64,000 bases of DNA from a virus. Made by a program: the position numbers and the translations under genes. Under the pieces are notes generated by a model. It was not told the DNA's origin, ran no database searches, and worked only from the letters and a program-made list of their open reading frames with translations. Shown piece after piece: positions 21,282 to 32,600 of this stretch (position 1 is its first letter; each line of letters opens with the position of its first letter). The DNA lies in IMG/VR virus record IMGVR_UViG_3300045256_000135, positions 1-64,000 of that record, one strand, 5' to 3'.

Positions 21282-21908
21282 CGAATGATTTTGTTTGCAC
21301 TTCTGCTTCGTCTGCTCTATCCGGGCTGTAGCATCAGTGTTGAGTGGGGCAGGTTACACGAGCTCTTCGATCACCCTGCTGGTCACGTAATCGAAGAGTG
21401 TGACGAGGCTAGTCCTGATTGGCTGTCGTCAAAGCTGGTATTTGTGAATGTAAGAGAAGCGTATTCAAGCACATTTGTGGTTCGAGCTTTGATCTGCAAG
21501 TGCCAACAAGCGCTACCAGAAAGGTCCAGATGAATCTCAAAGACGCAAAGCTGAAGCTGTCCGTTCTAAAAGAGTGGGTTACTTTGCTTGACGAAATGCT
21601 GAACAACGCTAGGAACAGCTGTCCATGCACCCATGGCGTAGGACAGTGCCAAGCTGCGTGCTCTTGCGCCAACCCGCTAATGAGTGGAGGGTGCGATTTT
21701 TGTTGCACCTATGGTTCTAAGGAACAGCAGAAGGTAGCTGCGGAGCAACTTCTGAGGATTTACAGAGCGTCACGACGAATGCGGCAGTTTGTGCCTGCAG
21801 CAGAGAACCCGGAGCTGTATCATGCACACTGGGAGCTAATTAACGCACTAGACGGAGTTTGACAGTGGCAGAGTTATCGAAGAAGCTGCTAAGTCTGTCT
21901 GACAGCCA

Positions 21909-21974
21909 TCGATTTCCCACAGCTAAACTATATAGCTACGTACGGCTAGAACCTGGTCTACGTCAGGTTTACCA
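21909..21974 (+). repeat. dispersed ~65-bp element E1
   Basis: GATTT-N10-AACTATATA-N29-CAGGTTTACCA; see E2 and E3. Confidence 0.8.
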
Positions 21975-21982
21975 AGAGAAAA

Positions 21983-22597
21983 ATGAGCTCAGAGCTTGCC
22001 AAGTTCACCCGGTTGGAGATGATGACTGTCGAGCTGTCTGAGACCACAGATTTCGTACGAGTCGCACAGATTAGGGACGAGGCTGAGGCATTCAGTGTTT
22101 GGGTCAAAGCTCGAGAAAACGGCAAGGAGCTAGCTCGCAAGGCTAAGGTTATTGTCCTGACGGCTGAGCGTCGGATCGGAGAACTGTCCAGAGAGATTCC
22201 TCGCAAGCCAGGGCGATCACCGGGTCCGTCTAAATCGGCGCAACTTCGATCAGTCGGAATTAATGCCAATCGATCTCAGAGAGCGGAGAAAATCGCTGCT
22301 ATCCCACAAGAGAAGTTTCAAGAGTACATTCAGACTGCTGAGCGCCCTTCCCCGCAGGGCTTGCTGACGAAGTACGGTGGTTTAGAAGTGCGTCCAGCAA
22401 CTATCCAGCACGTTACGGTCTGGCGGGATATTGCTAGGGATGCGATCATTGCTCTTGAGCACGCTCTGAGAGATCCTCGAGAGGTAAGTAGTAGACGAGA
22501 GCTTGCAGATCTGCGAAAGCGGTTCAAGCAGGCAATAGACGACCAAGGTAGAGAAGACAGACGATCAGTTTATTGGAGACGCGAGCATGGCAAGTAA
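21983..22597 (+). CDS. hypothetical helical protein, possibly DNA-binding
   Basis: AERRIGEL motif resembles N-terminal regions found on some phage methyltransferases; follows E1. Confidence 0.5.
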   Translation: MSSELAKFTRLEMMTVELSETTDFVRVAQIRDEAEAFSVWVKARENGKELARKAKVIVLTAERRIGELSREIPRKPGRSPGPSKSAQLRSVGINANRSQRAEKIAAIPQEKFQEYIQTAERPSPQGLLTKYGGLEVRPATIQHVTVWRDIARDAIIALEHALRDPREVSSRRELADLRKRFKQAIDDQGREDRRSVYWRREHGK

Positions 22598-22824
22598 GTG
22601 CGAAAAGTGCTCTGATCAGAACTGCTCAGGAGGCTATCAAGGCGGACCAGAACACCGGTGGCGGGAGTGTGATCATGTTGATACTCGTCCGCTCATAGAC
22701 AAGCTGGAAAGTTTGCTGGAAGATGGTTTTGGTATCTCTCCAGAAGTCAAGCTCAAGCTTCGTGAGTGGATCAATGAAGAGCGGCGAGACAAAACATTGC
22801 CACTAGCACCCGGAGGAATCCCGC

Positions 22825-23322
22825 TTGAACGATAGCAACGAACAGATTCAGGCTTTAAACGAACGTGCAGATAGAGAGTGGGGTGTGTGGCAGTTGTTTC
22901 AGAAACAACTGAAACTATCAAATCTGCTAGCACCTCTGAACCAACTGCTGAAAGTAGCTTTCCCCGGTATTGTCCTGGCTGATGTTCACAACAAAGGACG
23001 CCAGAAGAGGGTGGTAGCTGCTCGGAACGCCTGCTGGAGACTACAGTATGAACGTGGGTTCAGCACTGTAGAGATCGCTGACATGTGGGGACGAGATCAC
23101 ACTACCATCCTGCATGCTCTGAAGCGAACTGGAGTCCAGCGGAGGAAACGTAAGGAGCGGGATCGTCTGCAATTGCTGGAGAATCTTGTTCTGCTGATTG
23201 GCAGCCGAGTGGCACATCTGCAAGACAAACACGTGTCTGTCATTGCTGGAGAGTCTCTACGGATGCAGATTGAAAACTACAAGAAGATGGCGAAGCAGCT
23301 GGAGAAAGCGAATAAAGCATGA
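22825..23322 (+). CDS. DnaA C-terminal-like HTH protein
   Basis: VVAARN...GFSTVEIADMWGRDHTTILHALKR. Confidence 0.75.
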   Translation: MNDSNEQIQALNERADREWGVWQLFQKQLKLSNLLAPLNQLLKVAFPGIVLADVHNKGRQKRVVAARNACWRLQYERGFSTVEIADMWGRDHTTILHALKRTGVQRRKRKERDRLQLLENLVLLIGSRVAHLQDKHVSVIAGESLRMQIENYKKMAKQLEKANKA

Positions 23323-23909
23323 TCACTGATCAAATCCAGGTCCTAGACCACGGTTACGTTAAGCTGATCGAGAGCTGGGGCTCGGATGAGCGAATTATCG
23401 AAGCTGCTCGAATGAGCACTAACAAGAGCTTCAAGGGCTGGGGGTGTCCAGAGCACTGGCAAGCAACTCTGAAGATTCCGGAAGCCGATCAACGGTGGTT
23501 TGATGCCCCGTATGATCTGTACCTCTCAAAACTTCTCGTCACGACCAGCAAGAAAAATCCCAACTGCGAATTTGCCTCAATGGCGGAAGCGACTAGTGCG
23601 GCTGAAATCTATTCTGAGCGTTACAGCATACCGAAGCAGAGCTTCTCAATCACAAAGGTTGACGCTGCCGTCGGTGATGAAAAGCTGCTCTCGTTTCTCT
23701 GGAAGAACCAGCATTACACGCCGTTCGAAATGGCGGGTATGATCATCGAGGTACAGGCGCCAATCTTTGTATTCCGAGAGTGGCACCGTCATCGGACTCA
23801 AAGCTATAATGAGCTTTCCGCGCGCTACACTCTGTTTGCAATTTCAGGATTTGGTATGCATCACACCCAGTCAAGTGTACGAACTGCAGTGGCTCCGGGT
23901 GGGTGCTGA
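23319..23909 (+). pseudogene. thyX: flavin-dependent thymidylate synthase, N-terminal half only
   Basis: VLDHGYVKLIE..AARMS..HYTPFE..APIFVFREWHRHRTQSYNELSARY; similarity ends near 23830. Confidence 0.75.
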
Positions 23910-25606
23910 AGGATCCATCGCGCAAGAACTCGTTTTCGGTCGTGCACCAGATCAGGTGTCCAATCTGTCTGCCATTTGCGTATCAAGCTCAACAACAGTG
24001 TTCAATCGCTGGACGACTTCCGGAGGAAAAGAGATGAGTTCTGACGCAGCTCGAATGGTTAACGCAACTCTGGTGCTAGAGTCTGATGAGCAGATTAAGG
24101 CTGACTTAGAGGTCGCTAAGAGCCTGGCTGATGACATCGAACACCAGATTAGTCAGCATGCCAACACCCTCCCTGACGTGGCTCGAAAGATGGCGAAAGC
24201 TCTGTCTTGCGTGTCCACCACGGATGATCCAAAGTGGCTTGCGAACGTGCTGGTCGAACACCTCAACGCCTTCGTCAAAGACGAGAACATCCAACCGGAC
24301 ATTCAGATGATGGTTTCAACACGTGCTGAGTGCTCCGATGCGATTGTTGAACACCCGTACATTGTAGCATACGAGGAAGAAGACGGAGAGTACTCCTTAG
24401 GGGTGCTGGGGCTTCTGAACGGGATGATTGCACTGTCAGGCTATCGTATAGCAGCCATCTACAGAGCTGGACGACTGTCCTCGTTTGGTCTGATTAGGAT
24501 TGATTCTGAGGGAGTCGATGCATAGCGAAGGTTATGATTGGGATCAGAGTTCTCAGCGTCCGTTCGCGTACCTTTACCCGCGTGACACTGCCAGAGATCA
24601 TTGGTGGTTGATCCTGCAGGACATTACGATGGACGAACGGGTGATAGCAACTGGCTCTAAAGCTGGTTGCCAAGCCGCTGGACGACTGCTGGACGTGATT
24701 ATAGTACAGGAATACAGTGTAGTACAAAATCTGAACTCGGGTCTGTTATGAGCGACGAGACAAAACGCATTGTGGAGAACGAGACCTGGTCGGTGGAGGG
24801 GAATTGCATCCTTAGCGACCGGCAATATTCCTCACCACAGTGCACTATTCCTCACCACAGTCCGATTGTTCTGTATTCTGAGCAGAACGAAGACGTGCTC
24901 CGTGTCGCTGCCTGCGCTCCAGATGCACTGCGTCTGCTAGAGCAGAACAATGGCTACGTGTCTGACATGTGCGTTTGTGGTTGCAGATATGTTGGTGAAC
25001 CACGCCCCGACACCTGTGCTTGGATGGCACTGATGAAGAAAGCTGGACTACGTTGAGCAGGCAATCATGCACTTGAGCTATTGGATTGTTGTGCCGTTCG
25101 GACTCAGCTGGGGAATTGCAATGCAAGCGGTGCTGGTCGGTGAGACTATCACCGAGCGCATCTTAGGTGCTCTTCTGCTGTTTAGCGTTTTCGCATTCGG
25201 ACATCAATTTTGGCGAGCTGATCAACGCATTCAGAGGCTGAGAAGAACGCTTCGGAAAGTTAAGCGTCATGGGTAGGCGGGTTTACGCTTGTTATACACA
25301 ACTGCTTGGGCTCAATGATGAGGACAAGTGGTGGGAAGACCCAGTCAATCAGCGGAGAGTTGTTGACAAGTTCAAGGAGCTTTCCAACAAGCTCTGGGGT
25401 CCTCGTCCCATCTACCAGTTGAATGAGGTTGTAGGCCCTCGTGGTGGCTATCAGCAGTTTGCTCACATGATCTGGTTCATCGGAGAGAAGAACGGACAGT
25501 TCGCTGATTTGATTGTCCTTGCGTTCAGCAAAAAGTCACAGTCATTTGCTGATTGGTCTGTCTTGCTAACAGACGATTTGTGGAACGAACATGCTAGGGA
25601 AGCGCG

Positions 25607-26068
25607 ATGAAGGGTTATGATCCGCGTCCGAGTGAAGAACACGCCAGACAAACCAAGTCGAAGTTTGAGACCATCTACCCAAGTCTGGTGGAGGTGGCCC
25701 GACGACATGGGTATGCTCTCGCAGTCCATGGCTCACTTGAGCGAGACATTGACTTAGTGGCAGTACCGTGGGTTCCCCAGCCACGTCAGCCACAGGAGTT
25801 AGCTGAAGCGATTTACCGAGCATGTGAAGCCGTGTTTGGCTGGGTTTCGGGTCCTTCGGGTTGGACCGAGCGGGAGAACTTCTCAGCCCCTCCAGGCGCG
25901 TTGCCAAACCCGGCTAAGAAGCCACTCGGTCGGCTAGGGTGGGTCATTCAGCTCGGTGGTCCTTACATCGATCTAAGCATTTTCCCGCCATCACAAGAAT
26001 TGAAGCCGAGTTGCCAACACCAGCGTAACCCTCTGGGTGAGTGTCTGCACTGTGGAGAGCAAGCATGA
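25607..26068 (+). CDS. putative nucleotidyltransferase-like protein
   Basis: YALAVHGSLERDIDLVAVPW (GS..DxD) and a later YIDLS. Confidence 0.45.
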   Translation: MKGYDPRPSEEHARQTKSKFETIYPSLVEVARRHGYALAVHGSLERDIDLVAVPWVPQPRQPQELAEAIYRACEAVFGWVSGPSGWTERENFSAPPGALPNPAKKPLGRLGWVIQLGGPYIDLSIFPPSQELKPSCQHQRNPLGECLHCGEQA

Positions 26069-26849
26069 GCGAGATTGATTGGTCTCAGCACAAGCCCGAA
26101 GAGATTGCGAGAGCTTGGACAGCTCTGCCGAAGTTAGCTTCAGCTTGGGAGCAGGTGGTAGACGAACTGCTCTTCGGACCCTATAGTGGACACTGGTGTA
26201 GGTACTCATTGGGGCAAGACGGAAAACCGTGCAAGTGGCTAGTGGTAGCCACCATTACTGACATTGGTAGAGTCATTGGTGCGAAAGAGCCAGTGTTACC
26301 AACTAGATATGCTGTTTTGCTTCGGGCTGGCCAAACACCTATGCAGTCCATAGGTATTGTTTCTGATCTGCCAACCGCTCAGAAACTCGCTGATAGTGCA
26401 CTTGTCAAGTGCGGGTATGTATTGCTAAATGACGCATAAGTGCTATCTGTGCCGATCACGTGAGACCACTACGTCTGTATGCGCGTTGTGCGCAGACGAC
26501 CTATCTCTCCTGCAGATGGAACTACCACCTGATTTCACTGAAGAGCAAGTGAGAGAATGGGCTCTGGCCAACAAGGTGCAGATCTTTTCGTGCACCTTGG
26601 GTGACTACATTGACGAGGCGATGCCAGATGACGGAGTCTGACTTTCGAACCTGGCTCGATACAGTTGGGCGCGATCTGCTGAAGGCTCAAGACGAACTAA
26701 AGCGTTACAGACGAACATCCAAGTGGAGTGGTTGAGGAGTGGCTTTCAGCACATCCCGATCAAAGGTGGAAGACCGTCTATTATCGTAGACTCCGATCCT
26801 TTGCTCATCCGAATGACATATAAACTTGTGCTACGAAGGAGATTGACGA

Positions 26850-27791
26850 ATGTTTAGAGCGACTATCGTTGGGTACGAGCTACCCAGCCACAAGCAAGCT
26901 GAGCTACTCGTTCTGGCGGAGGCGCTCCAAGTACAGTTGGACGACATCGCTGACATCTGGGGAGTGAAGAAGGGACGTGTCCGCAGTGTCAACACGTTCT
27001 TCGTCCCTGACGAGGACGACTTCGTCGTGTACGTCACCAGCTCCCCAGTCTACGGTGAGCTCCTGGACAAGACCGGAGCGTACGTGATGGTGGCGGACGA
27101 TATCTTCCAGAGTGTGTCGCTGGAGATCTCCAAGCGTCTTGCGTCTGCGTTCCTCAACCCGAATGAGAGAACATACATTCACGCTGGTGAATCTCTCTAC
27201 CAGTTGGACATCACAGCTCCGGTTGCAAAGTTGTACTACACCCTCCAGATCCGAGGTCTGGGTGTGATGCTATGCAACTGGGTCTACCCAGATTATTTCG
27301 GAGGCGATGGTCCGTTCGATCACATTCGCTCTCTTCAGGAGAAGCTCAGTGGCTCGGACGCGCTATTCAGTGTGGAAGCCGATCTGCCGTTCGCTAAGAA
27401 TAGCAAGGTTCGCGTAATGCATGAAAGCGAGATCAAGGAGCTGGAAGCGGCTCTGAACGACGCACACAAAACTGTTGCACACCAAGCTTTCCACGACCCA
27501 GAACCAATTCCGGAAGCAGTGTCTACACCCGTCTTGGACACTGACCCCGAAGCTGTTCTTGATGATGCTGAGAAGTTGCAGGCGTCAGCCTCAGAACCCG
27601 CTGAGGAGACTTTCGGTCCTCCAGCAGAACCCGAACTGGAGAAGCTGGACCAAGTGCCATCGAGTGTTCCACCTGCAGCTGAGACAAAGCCAGTAGTGGT
27701 ACCTGAGCCAGCTCTGGCTAAAGTGGAATCGCCAGCGAAGGCACCGGTAAAACCAGCAGCCAAAGGTGTTCAGAAGCCTGCTAAGAAGTAG
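26850..27791 (+). CDS. hypothetical protein with a P/A/E/K-rich C-terminal tail
   Basis: AAGGAG RBS; 313 aa; followed by a terminator-like hairpin. Confidence 0.65.
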   Translation: MFRATIVGYELPSHKQAELLVLAEALQVQLDDIADIWGVKKGRVRSVNTFFVPDEDDFVVYVTSSPVYGELLDKTGAYVMVADDIFQSVSLEISKRLASAFLNPNERTYIHAGESLYQLDITAPVAKLYYTLQIRGLGVMLCNWVYPDYFGGDGPFDHIRSLQEKLSGSDALFSVEADLPFAKNSKVRVMHESEIKELEAALNDAHKTVAHQAFHDPEPIPEAVSTPVLDTDPEAVLDDAEKLQASASEPAEETFGPPAEPELEKLDQVPSSVPPAAETKPVVVPEPALAKVESPAKAPVKPAAKGVQKPAKK

Positions 27792-27805
27792 TATTCGAGC
27801 ATAGC

Positions 27806-27847
27806 AAAACTGCCCTGAGCACTATAAACTGTGTTTAGGGCAGTTTT
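27806..27847 (+). terminator. intrinsic terminator-like hairpin, possibly bidirectional
   Basis: AAAACTGCCCTGAGCAC-TATAAACT-GTGTTTAGGGCAGTTTT, 17 bp with 2 G.U. Confidence 0.75.
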
Positions 27848-27862
27848 CATGTTGGAGTGTAC

Positions 27863-29476
27863 ATGTCACAGGCAACTATCACTCTGATTGGGTCTGGCGT
27901 TTCACAGATCACTCTGTTCGGGGTGACTCTCACGCCAGGACAGCCAACTGGGTCCATTCCGTCGGCTGACATCTTGTACAGCTACCGAATGACGTTTGAT
28001 GGATCCCTAACTCCTGGTAGCCCGGATGGTTATGTGAACCTCAAGCTGGCTCTGAACAGAGGTGAAGTGCAGCTGACCATGGGCTCGGTAGTGATTTTGA
28101 ACGGTGATCAGCTCCGAGTGTATTTGGACAGTATGATCGCCACGGCTGATGCTCAAGACATCACAATCACGAGCTATACCGAACTTGCCTGGACCCAGCC
28201 AGTCTGGGATATTGATCCGATCAATGGGAACGACAATAACACGGGGTTAGAGGGCCAGCCGATCAAAACGTTTCTGGAGCAACATCGTAGGGTTGGCAGA
28301 CACGAAGTGGATTCGGTTATGTCTTCCCAGACTCCAAAGGTGAAAGTCCTCATCAGAAGTTCGCTCTTGCCAACTGACAAGATGGTGATCGATCTCACTT
28401 TCAGATCCCTGCCGGACTACCCATTCGACAACTCGTACATCCCCTACCAGATTCTGGGTACTCCGCAAAAGGTGAACGGAGCAAACGGTACGATCACAAA
28501 CGTTCGCTCTTACAATGCTGGTCTGAATCGCACTTGGGGCATCACTACCAGTACTAATCTGGCTTCACACATCATCCCTGGCAGATATCTGCAACGAACG
28601 AATGTTGTCACTGCATTCCCAAATCGCTGGTGGGTTGCAGCAGATGAGGGCGGAGGTGTTTATCGCGTCTCCTATCCCACCCACTTCGCGTCAGACGACA
28701 TCGTTAATGGGGCGAATGACGGCACGTTTAGCATCAATGACACCTACGACGTGTACGACCTTCCAGTGATTGGGGCGCATGACATCCGGACGTCCCAACC
28801 AGTCGTTCAGAGCATGCTCATAAACAAGCTCAGATTCTCTGGCCTGGGCATTCAAGCAGCTGGTCAGATAGTCTTCACAGAGTGTGCATTCGACAACAGT
28901 GTCTTTTATGGTGATTGGGCAACGTTCTCGAATTGCCAGATGAACGGTCTTGTGACTGCATCCAGAAAGACGTACACATACTACGCGTTCGGCTTGTTTC
29001 TCAACACCACTCGAATCTGGATAGGTCAGCCCACTTTCCAGAACTATGTGATGTTCCAGGGTGGCATGTCCCTACCAACAGACGGTGGTGTTGACTTTCA
29101 CTGCCACACCCGCGGGTTCCAAGTGTTCGATCAGGATGGTGACGGATTCACTCTAAATTCAAACGACACCTTGCTGCTGAATGGTGGTATCATTGGCAGT
29201 GGTAATTCTGGGTATGGGTGGAACATCGAGCGCGGAGCTAGTATGATTCTTAATGGTGGCTTGATGAAGGCTGTTGGTGCACTCGGGGACTTCATGGTTG
29301 GTGGAGCTACATCGGGACCACGAATCACTACCACGTACCCCTACGGGTATGCTAGCAACATCGCGTATACCAACGACAACTTCAACAAGCTTCTGTCGGA
29401 CGGCGGCTTCGGGCAGGTGGTTCCGATGCCGACTTCACCTATTGGTGGAGTGTCTACTAGCTATACTCCAACCTGA
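27863..29476 (+). CDS. putative tail fibre/spike-like structural protein
   Basis: WDIDPINGNDNNTG...PIKT motif typical of beta-helix N-caps; G/N/T-rich C-terminal half. Confidence 0.55.
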   Translation: MSQATITLIGSGVSQITLFGVTLTPGQPTGSIPSADILYSYRMTFDGSLTPGSPDGYVNLKLALNRGEVQLTMGSVVILNGDQLRVYLDSMIATADAQDITITSYTELAWTQPVWDIDPINGNDNNTGLEGQPIKTFLEQHRRVGRHEVDSVMSSQTPKVKVLIRSSLLPTDKMVIDLTFRSLPDYPFDNSYIPYQILGTPQKVNGANGTITNVRSYNAGLNRTWGITTSTNLASHIIPGRYLQRTNVVTAFPNRWWVAADEGGGVYRVSYPTHFASDDIVNGANDGTFSINDTYDVYDLPVIGAHDIRTSQPVVQSMLINKLRFSGLGIQAAGQIVFTECAFDNSVFYGDWATFSNCQMNGLVTASRKTYTYYAFGLFLNTTRIWIGQPTFQNYVMFQGGMSLPTDGGVDFHCHTRGFQVFDQDGDGFTLNSNDTLLLNGGIIGSGNSGYGWNIERGASMILNGGLMKAVGALGDFMVGGATSGPRITTTYPYGYASNIAYTNDNFNKLLSDGGFGQVVPMPTSPIGGVSTSYTPT

Positions 29477-29669
29477 GGATGGTTATGTCACAACTAGATC
29501 TGACTCGAAACTACGTTCGCCAACTGCAGAGAATGGTTCAGCAGGCTAAAGAGCCGGTTGCGTTTGTTCCGGGGTTTGCTGAATTTCTGAGAGCAGGTAT
29601 AGCAGCTGCTCCGGACAACGCCTTTGCTAAAGAGTTGAAAGCAGCGCTAGATCCCGAGGTTGAGTAGCT

Positions 29670-32600
29670 GTGAGAGCTCTGCAACTGAAAGTGGGCAACG
29701 ACACTCTCATCGCCGAGATCTGTGAGACCTCGGATGAGAAGGTACGTGGACTTCAAACACATCCCGAACTGAACGAAGCACAGGCAATGCTATTCCCGTT
29801 CGGTTACGATGAGTCCAACCCACTTTCAGGTCCAGTGTCTACGCATGCGTTTCACATGGGCTCGGTGTCGTTCCCGATCGACATAGTATGGCTTGTGAAC
29901 GGCAAGGCGACTGCTGTGAAAACGGTTTTACCAGGCGATAAACAGACGTACACTGGAACAGCCAACAGTGTATTAGAGCTCCGAGGCAACTGGTGCAAAG
30001 ACCGAGGGCTTGGTGTAGGGATGGAGGTATCAGTGTTTGTACCACAAAGAAACGCGTCCAAGAGATCAGGACAGGTTCGTGATTCTTATCCAAACATCGA
30101 GCTTAACCCGGACCAGAAAGAAACTGAGCAATTCGCAGTTGAAGCCGGAGCTGACAAGCCTAATTGGTGTGAGCACCATAAGCAGAATCACCGTTCTGGG
30201 ACGACTTGTCCCTTTGCTGGTGGTGGTGCCAAAGAAAGCAAACCGTCTGAATCTATTTCAGAAGATGGTAAGAGATCTGTTGGTTTGTCTGATGCGAAGC
30301 TGGCTGAAGTGGACAGCGCTATCGACGCTCTGCCATGTATCGACGAGGAGGATGCTCAGAGTTTCCCTAATCCAGATCCACAGCTCTATGCTGATGCTAG
30401 GGCGGTGTTCAAACAACCTGGGGAGATGCGAATCTTCGGGTTGAAGCCTTCGGACGTAAAAAGAGCGAAAACACTGGAGGTGTCATTAGACAAACTCATT
30501 CCCTCACAGTCGTTTATCCCAAAACAGGGGTTGAAAGCTTACTCTAGACGAGCTCCGACTGAGGAGCCTCTGGTGGTTAGGTTTCAAGGGAAGTATTATC
30601 TGCAGACTGGCCATACTCGATTGGGAGCTGCTATTCTCAGAGGCGACCAAACGGCAAAGGTGAAGGTGCTAGACTTCGATGGCAAATACTTTGACTCGCC
30701 AAGAACAGCCGAGAAGGAAGCAGGGTCGAGCTGGAACCCGCTCCGAAGCATCGTCGAAGCGAATGATGAGGAAGAGGAGCTTCTCTCCCACCAGGTGCTG
30801 GAGAAGGCTGCATACAGAAAACTAGCACAGCAGTTCATACAGATCCAGCTGCCAATGACAGCAGCTAGATCGTTTGTCTCGCTTCTCGATCTGTACGATC
30901 GTAAGGCAGGTAGCTCCACGATCAATTCGGCATGGCTGGATGCTCTACCAACTCTGTCGTTCTGGGATCGGGATGCAGTAGTTCACAGTTTGGTCAGTGC
31001 TGGCTTCGAGCAAGCTACTGACTTGCTGAGAGTTGCTCAGCTAAACGAAGAGCTCGTGATCACAGACAAGCGTACCCCTGGAGCTGTTTCGCACACTCAG
31101 CCACAAGATCGATTTCAAGAGCATCAGATCCCAGCTGATACTCCAGGTGTCGGCACTAACCACCCTGGACCAGAACAGACGATTGGCTACGATGTTAGTC
31201 GAGACCCATTGTTGGATGGACGCGTCCCACCGATTCGGATGAGTGCTCAGCTGGTCGTAGAGGCGGGAGCTGACAAGGCTAACTGGTGTGAGAAGCACCA
31301 ACAGAACCATCGTAAGGGCACCAATTGCCCTTTTATGTCCGGTTCGGAGTCGAAAGATCAGCCTCAGATGATGCCAAAACCTCCGAAGAGCAAGGCGGGC
31401 ATGCCAACCCCCGAAGATAGAGTCACCGCACAACAGCTAGATGACGCAATCAGGGACGCTGAAAGTGATGAAGAGCTAGACCAGGCGAAGGCAGATTACG
31501 AAAGTGCATTTCCGACTGGCCAACGTGTGTATGCAGACGGAATGGGTGCTGGACGGATTGTAGACTACTCGGGTGCTGGCCCCATTGTTGAATGGGACTC
31601 TGAACCTGGCGAGTCCAGTACTGTTGGCTACGGAAATGGCCTCATTGCAATTGAAGACAGTCCTGAACCCAAATCACAACAGAAAAAGAACCAGGTTTCA
31701 CCGGAGGTGCTGAGTCTCTCGGATTCTATTGGGTCAATTGTAAAGTCTTCATACGGTAAACGGCTTAATAGCCCAGCCGCGCAGAGGGCTCTCGTAAAAC
31801 AGGTGGCCGGAAAAGATCCAGCACTCGTTGAGAAAGCGTTGCGTCATTACATGTTCGCAAACGCTCCGAAATTGACGCAATATGAACGTGCTGGTTGGGA
31901 AGGTTTGATCGACTCACAAATGAAGAAGTGGGCTCCGATTCTCGCGGGTGGTCAGCCAGAAGCTGCTTATGTTGAACCCGACTTTGGACCCGAATCACCA
32001 AATGAAGCACAGAACAGACGGACCGCTCTGAATGGGGTTCAATACCAATCTCCAGGAGTCAACATACCAAGTTTGCTGGAGAAGATCCAGAACCAAACCA
32101 AACCAGGAGAGCTGAGTCACGACGATCTTAGCCCCGAAGAATCTAAAGCGATTGACCATTGCATCGAGAATGGGTTGGTTAGACAAGACTTGAACGGCGC
32201 ACTTTATCTCAAAACGTGGGGGAAGCGCACGTTGGATGAAAGCATACCAAAGAAAGCATCCAAAGCAGATCTGATCGAATTTGGCCCACCAAATGAGTGG
32301 TCGGGAGCAGTTGCAGGCATCCTTGGCCCAGAGCGTCGGAAAGCGCTGGAAGCCGAGTGGAACGCTCTGTCCAAGGACGAGAAGCGAAAGATCCAAGAGG
32401 AGTTTAGCAAGAATTTTGACTTCAACTTTGACGTAACAGCAGTGGTTGCTAACCATGGCCCGGGCGATTCCGATGGGTGTGATCTAGACGAAGAGCTTTC
32501 ACCACTTGAGAAGAAGAAGATTTCGGACGAGCTAAAGTACGAGTGGGAGGATTTGTCACCACTTGAGAAGAAGAAGATTTCGGACGAGCTGAAGTACGAG

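Larger units (their letters stand above)
15263..26641 (+). other. accessory region of about 30 small, translationally coupled hypothetical genes
   Basis: Successive + strand ORFs of 60-260 aa with ATGA/GTGA overlaps; most not recognisable. Confidence 0.7.
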
